The notes below the pieces were generated by a model that saw nothing but the letters and a program-made list of their open reading frames with translations, was not told where the DNA came from and ran no database searches. From contig JBAXAI010000021.1 in the NCBI GenBank assembly GCA_037142615.1, forward strand, positions 1 to 64,000: DNA of 64,000 nt, in the 5' to 3' direction. Position numbers and translations under genes: made by a program. Position 1 is the stretch's first letter; each line of letters starts with the position of its first letter. Of this stretch, positions 58,579 through 64,000 are shown in pieces. This stretch comes from Spirochaetales bacterium (GTDB lineage: Bacteria; Spirochaetota; Spirochaetia; JABEVK01).

Positions 58579-59558
58579 CCCGGAGGGACACCGTACTTGC
58601 GTCGAAAGGCGTGGATGAAGTGGTTGACGTGGCTGTAGCCGATGTTGGCAGCCAGGGCTTTCATGGGCAGATCGGTCTTCTGGAGTACCTGGTGTGCCTC
58701 TGCCAAGCGGTGGTCCATCAAAAACGTGTAGATCGAGGCACCGTAGTTCCGCCGGAACTCCTCGTTGAGGGTGCGGGCCGAAACTCCGAACCGGGAGGCC
58801 AGTTCGCTCAGAAGTGGAACCCTTCCTTGCAGCGTCAGGAGTTCCTCCCTGAGGGCGGCGACGGCTTCGGCCGTGGGGACTTTCGCGACGGGAGACGAGC
58901 TCGCTTCGGTGGCATCGGCCGAAATCGCGCAAAGAAACTCCAGGGCCTTGGCCTGACTGAACAGAGTTCGCATGGGCCCTATCAGGTTCTCAGGCAGGGT
59001 CTCGCGGAGCAGTCTCACCTGCTCCTTCGGCATAATCCTCACGGCGCCTGCGGGCGGGGCGTCAAGGCCGAGATGCCTGAGCAATCGGTCGACGGGTTCG
59101 ACACCGAGCAGGTTCTCGAGCACGGGTACCCCGACGGTAATCGTCGTCGTCTTTGTAGTCGCTTCAGTCCGAACGCCGGCGGCAAAGTCGAGATGGCCGA
59201 CGTGCTGGAAGAAGACCGCTCCTTCGGCAACCGGGAACTCGCGGCCGATCAGGCGGTCGTTGAAACGTACACCGCCTTCATGAACAACGTGGACTGCAAA
59301 CATGGGGTCAGGAACCGTGCCGTGGAAGTCGACCATGTTCATGGTTTGCCCGGCCGCAAAGGGGGTGAAGGCTACTTCGGCACGAAAGATATCCATTCCT
59401 TGCCCCAGGTGAAACAGCTCAAAAGCACCGACACCGATTTCGGGAGAAATGGGAATTGGAATCCTCTCGACGTCTTTCCAGCCCCGGTCGAACTGGAACC
59501 GTTCGGCCTCGGGAACTGAGAGCCACTCCAACTGCCAGGAAGTCCGCTGCGAATCCAT
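58551..59558 (-). CDS. AraC-family regulator
   Basis: LSELASRFGVSARTLNEEF, IGYSHVNHFIHAFRRKYGVPP. Confidence 0.9.
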   Translation of the reverse strand: MDSQRTSWQLEWLSVPEAERFQFDRGWKDVERIPIPISPEIGVGAFELFHLGQGMDIFRAEVAFTPFAAGQTMNMVDFHGTVPDPMFAVHVVHEGGVRFNDRLIGREFPVAEGAVFFQHVGHLDFAAGVRTEATTKTTTITVGVPVLENLLGVEPVDRLLRHLGLDAPPAGAVRIMPKEQVRLLRETLPENLIGPMRTLFSQAKALEFLCAISADATEASSSPVAKVPTAEAVAALREELLTLQGRVPLLSELASRFGVSARTLNEEFRRNYGASIYTFLMDHRLAEAHQVLQKTDLPMKALAANIGYSHVNHFIHAFRRKYGVPPGQVRRGLAG

Positions 59559-59680
59559 CGTCTTTTCACAATAACCTCAATAATCTCCAAGTCAAAGGAT
59601 TTTCCATAATTCGCAGTCGCGTGCAGGAATTCGTAGAAACTAAACCGGTGCCTGAGACCAGCAAACGTTAGGCTTGAAGG

Positions 59681-61003
59681 ATGCGCAAACCGAACTGGCT
59701 GTTTAGTTGGGGGGCCGGGGGTCACGCCATCCTCGACAACCTGTTCGCGATTTACTTCCTCTATTTTTTGCTGCCACCGGTTGAGAGTGGGTTGCCCGAG
59801 CGGCTGGACAACCAGGTGCTGTTCCTGGGGGTCACCTCGGTTGGCCTTCTGGTGTTGCTGGGCCGCTTTTCCGACGCGCTGATGGATCCCCTGCTGGCGT
59901 GGTGGTCCGATCGTTCGCGTTCCCGCTGGGGGCGGAGGCGCTTCTTTTTGCTGACGGCCCCGCTGCCGTTCGCTATCCTGGCGCTGGCCCTGTTCCTGAC
60001 GCCGGTTGCTCATCCGGACCCGCTCAATTTTTGGTGGGAAGTGGTTGCCCTGACGTTGTTCTTTCTGGGCTACACTTGGTATTTGGTTCCGTATTTGGCC
60101 CTCATGCCCGAATTGACGCGGGGGCGGGAAGAGCGACTCTCACTTGCGACCTGGCAGGCGGTGATGACTCTCGTTGGCGCTTTTCTGGTGATGGGGGCCG
60201 TGCCGCAACTGAGGGCCCTGACGGGGTCGTTCGTCCTGGCCATTGGGTCCGTTATCGCGGTGGCGCTGGTGCTGCTGTTTGTGCCCGCCCTTGTCGTCCG
60301 CGAGCCGGCGGGGAGGCGACTTCCCAGCGAGGTGAGCTTTTTCGAATCGGTGCGCAAGACCCTGGCCAACCGGGCCTTCCTGTGGTACCTCGGGGGCAAA
60401 ATCTGCCTGTTCACGGCCTTCAACATCCTGCGAGCCACCGTGGCGTATTACCCGGAAGTTCTGCTGGGCAAACCGGCTAGCTTCCTCACCTGGCTGCTCG
60501 CGGCCGCCTTCGGGTCGGCCGTCCTGTGGTTCTTCGTGGTGCGGTTGCTGGCCAAGCGGGTGTCGAACAAGGCGCTGATGCTCAGCGCGCTGGTGGCCTT
60601 TGCCGTGCTTCTCAACGGGGGGCCGCTGATTTTGATGGCCGGTTCGTGGGCCGTGCCCTTGGCCTTTGTGCAGATGCTTTTGCTGGGATGGCCGCTGGCC
60701 GTGCTGCTGGTGATTCCCAACGCGATGGTGGCCGACCTCGCCGAAGCCGAAACCCTGACCAGCGGGGAACGCCACGAAGCCCAGTTCTACGGCACCCAGG
60801 GTCTGTTCGTGAAAATCGCGTACGGGCTGGCGGCCTTCTTCGTCGGTTTCCTGTTCGCTACGTATGGCAAAGACGCGGCCCATCCCGTCGGGGTGGTGGT
60901 GGCGGGATCGCTGGGCGCGGGGTTGGCCCTGCTGGGAACCTGGTCGATGGCGAAGTTCCCCCAGAAGGCGGTGGATGCGGTGTTGGCCAGCGATTCCCGC
61001 TAG
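59681..61003 (+). CDS. MFS transporter (MFS_2/GPH sugar family)
   Basis: ~12 TM; DALMDPLLAWWSDRSRSRWGRRR, PYLALMPEL. Confidence 0.88.
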   Translation: MRKPNWLFSWGAGGHAILDNLFAIYFLYFLLPPVESGLPERLDNQVLFLGVTSVGLLVLLGRFSDALMDPLLAWWSDRSRSRWGRRRFFLLTAPLPFAILALALFLTPVAHPDPLNFWWEVVALTLFFLGYTWYLVPYLALMPELTRGREERLSLATWQAVMTLVGAFLVMGAVPQLRALTGSFVLAIGSVIAVALVLLFVPALVVREPAGRRLPSEVSFFESVRKTLANRAFLWYLGGKICLFTAFNILRATVAYYPEVLLGKPASFLTWLLAAAFGSAVLWFFVVRLLAKRVSNKALMLSALVAFAVLLNGGPLILMAGSWAVPLAFVQMLLLGWPLAVLLVIPNAMVADLAEAETLTSGERHEAQFYGTQGLFVKIAYGLAAFFVGFLFATYGKDAAHPVGVVVAGSLGAGLALLGTWSMAKFPQKAVDAVLASDSR

Positions 61004-61056
61004 GCAAGAGGGCGCTACTCACGGAACCCTACCTACCCAGAACGCTGGAAGATGAC

Positions 61057-61155
61057 GATTGCCTTGTTCGACGCACAGATTTTGTCGGCTGCCAAAGCGT
61101 GCGGGTGTGTGCGGGTGTATTCGAAGGCATCGCCGTGGTGAACCCGTTTCTGTAG
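61057..61155 (+). pseudogene. Internally deleted remnant of a PIN toxin gene like 62098-62520
   Basis: Three blocks match 62310-62324, ~62407-62464 and ~62491-62520 in order. Confidence 0.8.
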
Positions 61156-61211
61156 ACATTCCCCCTCCGCGAAGAGTTGACCGATTCGTGTTGGTTAACT
61201 AAACTAAGTCC

Positions 61212-61451
61212 ATGAACAGCATCAATGTGCACGAGGCCAAGACCAACCTTTCCAAAATCCTCGTCCAGGTGGAAGGTGGCCAGGAGTTTCTGATCGCCCG
61301 GGCGGGCAAGGTCATTGCCCGCTTGTCACCGGTGGCTCCGACCCACGCTGAGCCGGGACTCTGGAAAAATCTGACGATCGCTCCCGACTTTGACGAGACC
61401 GACACCGAACTGGAAGGCCAGTTTGGGGCCGGCGGAGTGTTCCCGCAGTGA
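61212..61451 (+). CDS. Phd/YefM-family antitoxin
   Basis: INVHEAKTNLSKIL...IARAGKVIARL. Confidence 0.9.
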   Translation: MNSINVHEAKTNLSKILVQVEGGQEFLIARAGKVIARLSPVAPTHAEPGLWKNLTIAPDFDETDTELEGQFGAGGVFPQ

Positions 61452-61843
61452 AGTACCTGCTCGACACCCACACCTTTCTGTGGTGGATGCAGGATGCGCC
61501 GGAGCTCCCCGAAGGAGTACGCCGCATTTTGAGCAGCCAAACCTCCGACGTGGCCTTCAGCGTGCTCTCGGCGTGGGAGATCATCATCAAGACAGGCACG
61601 GGCAAACTGTCGGGCGTCCACCTGGAAACGTTGGAAGACTCCCTTGCAACACAAGGTTTTCCGCTGCTTCCGTTGGATTTGGGGTCGGTTGCTCGGGTGG
61701 CCCAGTTGCCACCGCTGCACCAAGATCCTTTTGACCGGGGACTGATTGCCACCGCGCTGCACCACGATTTGGTGGTGCTCACCCGCGACAGCAAGTTTGG
61801 TGGCTACGGTGTGAAAGTGTTTTGGGGCGGCTCTATCACATAA
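61448..61843 (+). CDS. VapC-family PIN toxin
   Basis: YLLDTHTFLW, SAWEI, HQDPFDRGLIA, LTRD; GTGA overlap with the antitoxin. Confidence 0.92.
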   Translation: MKYLLDTHTFLWWMQDAPELPEGVRRILSSQTSDVAFSVLSAWEIIIKTGTGKLSGVHLETLEDSLATQGFPLLPLDLGSVARVAQLPPLHQDPFDRGLIATALHHDLVVLTRDSKFGGYGVKVFWGGSIT

Positions 61844-61865
61844 CCTGTGATATACTGGTTATGTG
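61834..61865. promoter_or_regulatory. Inverted-repeat operator upstream of TA module 2
   Basis: TATCACA-TAACC-TGTGATA and a further GGTTATGTG complementary to CACATAACC. Confidence 0.55.
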
Positions 61866-61874
61866 GAGGATATT

Positions 61875-62108
61875 ATGGCCAATGTGACGATGAGCATCGA
61901 TGACGACCTCTTGAAGAAAGCCCGCAAAATCGCCATCGACAACGACACGACTCTGTCGGAGATGTACCGTGAATATCTCGCCGAGCTTACCTTGCAGGAA
62001 GACGCGCGGCGTGCCCACCTGGCCGACGAGCTCGATGGACTGTTTGCGCAAAGCCGTGCGTCTTCGGGTGGGATTTTGACCAGCAGGAACGCCTTGCATG
62101 AGCGTTGA
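61875..62108 (+). CDS. RHH antitoxin (DUF6364-like)
   Basis: GGAGG RBS; NVTMSIDDDLLKKARKIA...TLSEMYREYL. Confidence 0.8.
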   Translation: MANVTMSIDDDLLKKARKIAIDNDTTLSEMYREYLAELTLQEDARRAHLADELDGLFAQSRASSGGILTSRNALHER

Positions 62109-62520
62109 GCGGTCGTTTTTCGACACCAATGTGCTGATTTACGCCAACGATACAGCGGCACCCGAAAAGCAGCTTCGGGCGAGGGCGCTCGTCGGCGAGG
62201 CGATCCGGTCGGGTTCAGGTTGCCTTTCCACCCAAGTGCTGGCGGAGTTCTGGGTGAACGTGACCAAGAAGCTCCAGGTCCCCTTGAGCCGTAACGACGC
62301 CCGTCGCCAGATTGCCTTGTTCGAGGCACTGTTTCTGGTCCCGGTGGACCGAACCGTGTTCTTGCGGGCGCTGGAGCTTCAACAGCGTTACCAACTCTCA
62401 TTTTGGGACGCGCAGATTTTGTCGGCTGCCAAGGCCTGCGGGTGTGTGCGGGTGTACTCGGAAGATCTGGAGCATGGGGCTGTGTACGACGGGATTGCGG
62501 TGGTGAACCCGTTCCGGTGA
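62098..62520 (+). CDS. PIN-domain toxin
   Basis: FFDTNVLIYA, STQVLAEF, SFWDAQIL, YSEDL, VNPF. Confidence 0.92.
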   Translation: MSVERSFFDTNVLIYANDTAAPEKQLRARALVGEAIRSGSGCLSTQVLAEFWVNVTKKLQVPLSRNDARRQIALFEALFLVPVDRTVFLRALELQQRYQLSFWDAQILSAAKACGCVRVYSEDLEHGAVYDGIAVVNPFR

Positions 62521-62599
62521 GGCAAAAAAAGGCCCCCGAAGCTGGGCCTTGAAGTCGGGCAAGAATGGTGCTACCTTGTAAGGAATGTAAGGAGTCGCC

Positions 62600-62854
62600 A
62601 TGGAACTTGCCAAACTCACCTCCAAGGGTCAAATCACTATTCCAGTTGAAATTAGGAGGAAGCTAAGACTCCGGGAAGGCGACAAAGTCTCCTTTCAGGA
62701 AGAACAGGGCAACATCTACCTCCGAAACGCCTCTCTGGGTTCCCTTCGTCAGTTTCAAGATGCCATGACCGGGCAGGCGGCAAAGGCCGGTTTTGAATCG
62801 GAAGACGACGTGGTTGAGTACATCAAGAGCCTCCGTAACGCTGAAGGAAAGTAG
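62600..62854 (+). CDS. AbrB/MazE/SpoVT-family antitoxin
   Basis: AKLTSKGQITIPVEIRRKLRLREGDKVSF. Confidence 0.92.
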   Translation: MELAKLTSKGQITIPVEIRRKLRLREGDKVSFQEEQGNIYLRNASLGSLRQFQDAMTGQAAKAGFESEDDVVEYIKSLRNAEGK

Positions 62855-62855
62855 T

Positions 62856-63260
62856 CTGAGACTTCTCGTCGACACCAACATCCTGATTTCGGCGGCTCTG
62901 TTTCCCCACGGGAAAGTTGCGGCCGTGTTTTCTCACATCCTGGAGTCGCATACTTTGGTGATCTCGAGCTACTCGCTTTCGGAGTGCAAGACGGTTTTTG
63001 CGAAGAAGTTTCCAGACAAGAAAGTCGCCCTTGATACCTTCCTTGGGGATTTCCAGTTTGAACTCTTTCAAACGCCGCAGGAAATCAACAGGACCGATTT
63101 TCCATCGATTCGGGACAGCAAGGACCTTCCCATCCTGGCATCGGCGATTCTGGCCGAAGTTGACATTTTGCTGACAGGTGACAAGGACTTTCTGGGGCTT
63201 TCGCTCAAGAAGCCGCTCGTTTTTTCACCTTCGGCCTATTTCGACCTCATCGAGAATTGA
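62856..63260 (+). CDS. PIN-family putative toxin (apparent CTG start)
   Basis: RLLVDTNILISA, IRDSKDLPILASA, LLTGDKDF; follows the antitoxin stop by 1 nt. Confidence 0.82.
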   Translation: MRLLVDTNILISAALFPHGKVAAVFSHILESHTLVISSYSLSECKTVFAKKFPDKKVALDTFLGDFQFELFQTPQEINRTDFPSIRDSKDLPILASAILAEVDILLTGDKDFLGLSLKKPLVFSPSAYFDLIEN

Positions 63261-63272
63261 CGGCACGGAAGA

Positions 63273-63320
63273 GCCGATCCAAAACTTTGCAGCTACGGCG
63301 TGAAGGTGTTCTGGGAGTGA
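63273..63320 (+). pseudogene. Orphan 3' end of a VapC like 61448-61843
   Basis: Reads ADPKLCSYGVKVFWE*; 63292-63315 matches 61803-61826 at 21/24 nt. Confidence 0.65.
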
Positions 63321-63337
63321 GCAGCCTCGACCCGGCT

Positions 63338-63603
63338 TCAGAACGGATTCACGCACTTCAGGCCGACGTAAAACTGGCCGGGGTTGAAATCCTCAGACAA
63401 AACCTGGTCGCAACCGGCGTGTTCGGCGGCGGCAAGAATCTGCGAATCCCAATAGCTGAGCTGATAGAGCTGGTGGATCTCGAGGGCACGACGCCCGACC
63501 CGGCTACCAATAGCTGGCTGAGGAGCTCGAGGGCCACCGACTGTTTGCGCTCATCGCGGCTGTCGTTGGCGTACACGACGACGTTGGTGTCGAGGAAGGT
63601 CAT
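63338..63603 (-). pseudogene. PIN toxin pseudogene with central deletion and frameshift
   Basis: MTFLDTNVVVYAND...GSGV joined out of frame to RALEIHQLYQLSYWDSQILAAA...SEDF...VNPF*. Confidence 0.82.
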
Positions 63604-63746
63604 TGGCCGAAACGCTTGCCGGTGTAGAGCTCTTCGCGGCGAAACCGGTAGTCAGCATCGGAGCGGCCCTGCAAGGCATTTTCGCGGAACTGTGCCACCA
63701 CCGAAGGCAAGTCCGGCGCTTCGGCCAACGACTTGAGGTGATCTCG
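63600..63746 (-). pseudogene. 5'-truncated antitoxin remnant
   Basis: RDHLKSLAEA...GRSDADYRFRREELYTGKRFGQ* with ATGA overlap onto the PIN pseudogene; no convincing start. Confidence 0.6.
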
Positions 63747-63766
63747 TCGGCACTCAAGGCTGTGTC

Positions 63767-63806
63767 AAAAGCCCCCGAAGCTTGGCCTTGCGGCAGCTTC
63801 GGGGGC
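63767..63806 (-). terminator. Hairpin / probable terminator of the gene entering from the right edge
   Basis: GCCCCCGAAGCT...AGCTTCGGGGGC 12-bp stem followed by TTTT on the minus strand. Confidence 0.6.
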
Positions 63807-63851
63807 GGAGTTCTTTGGGCAGCTTTGGGCTGCCCAAACGGCGGTCAGAGG

Positions 63852-64000
63852 CTACTTCTGAGCAAGCACAAAGCCCGTCAACGGGCTCAACGTTGACCCG
63901 CAGATAAGGATCTGGCTGCTGCTGCGAACCATGGACCCGATAGAGCCCTGCACGCCGGAAGCAAAGGGTGTGAAGGTGCCAGAGCTTCCGAAGGTCGTGT
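63852..64000 (-). CDS. 3' end of a gene starting beyond the window (possibly delta-60-like repeat protein)
   Basis: Open frame TTFGSSGTFTPF...GFVLAQK*. Confidence 0.4.
   Translation of the reverse strand, partial: TTFGSSGTFTPFASGVQGSIGSMVRSSSQILICGSTLSPLTGFVLAQK

Noticed and set aside
61003-63806. Integron cassette array
   Set aside because: No recognisable attC (RYYYAAC...GTTRRRY) pairs between modules and no intI in the window

Overview
GC-rich bacterial chromosome segment, most likely from a fermentative anaerobic spirochaete (inferred from gene content: many lipoproteins, Big_2/DUF1566 surface lipoprotein, Rpn-family gene, multimeric [FeFe]-hydrogenase operon, PPi-type PEP carboxykinase). 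Core genes (prfC, arfB, trxA, cheW, ltaE, leuS, MnmD-like) alternate with accessory blocks: a structured tandem repeat at the left edge; a possible defence cluster at 3.5-11.3 kb (double AAA ATPase, esterase-Zn-finger fusion, AAA_14/DUF4143 ATPase, two tandem paralogous SLOG+SLATT-like membrane proteins); two hybrid kinases; a surface-lipoprotein locus with a decayed FN3-NHL gene; a 3-gene integrase-less island bracketed by a 56-bp duplicate of the arfB 3' end whose four differences are all synonymous; a candidate leader-peptide attenuator before a DinB-family gene; and a stack of three intact plus several decayed PIN-type toxin-antitoxin modules at the right end. No tRNA, rRNA or CRISPR array was recognised. 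All family calls come from motif recognition by eye, not database searches; several starts were moved from the ORF track to likelier RBS-supported codons.
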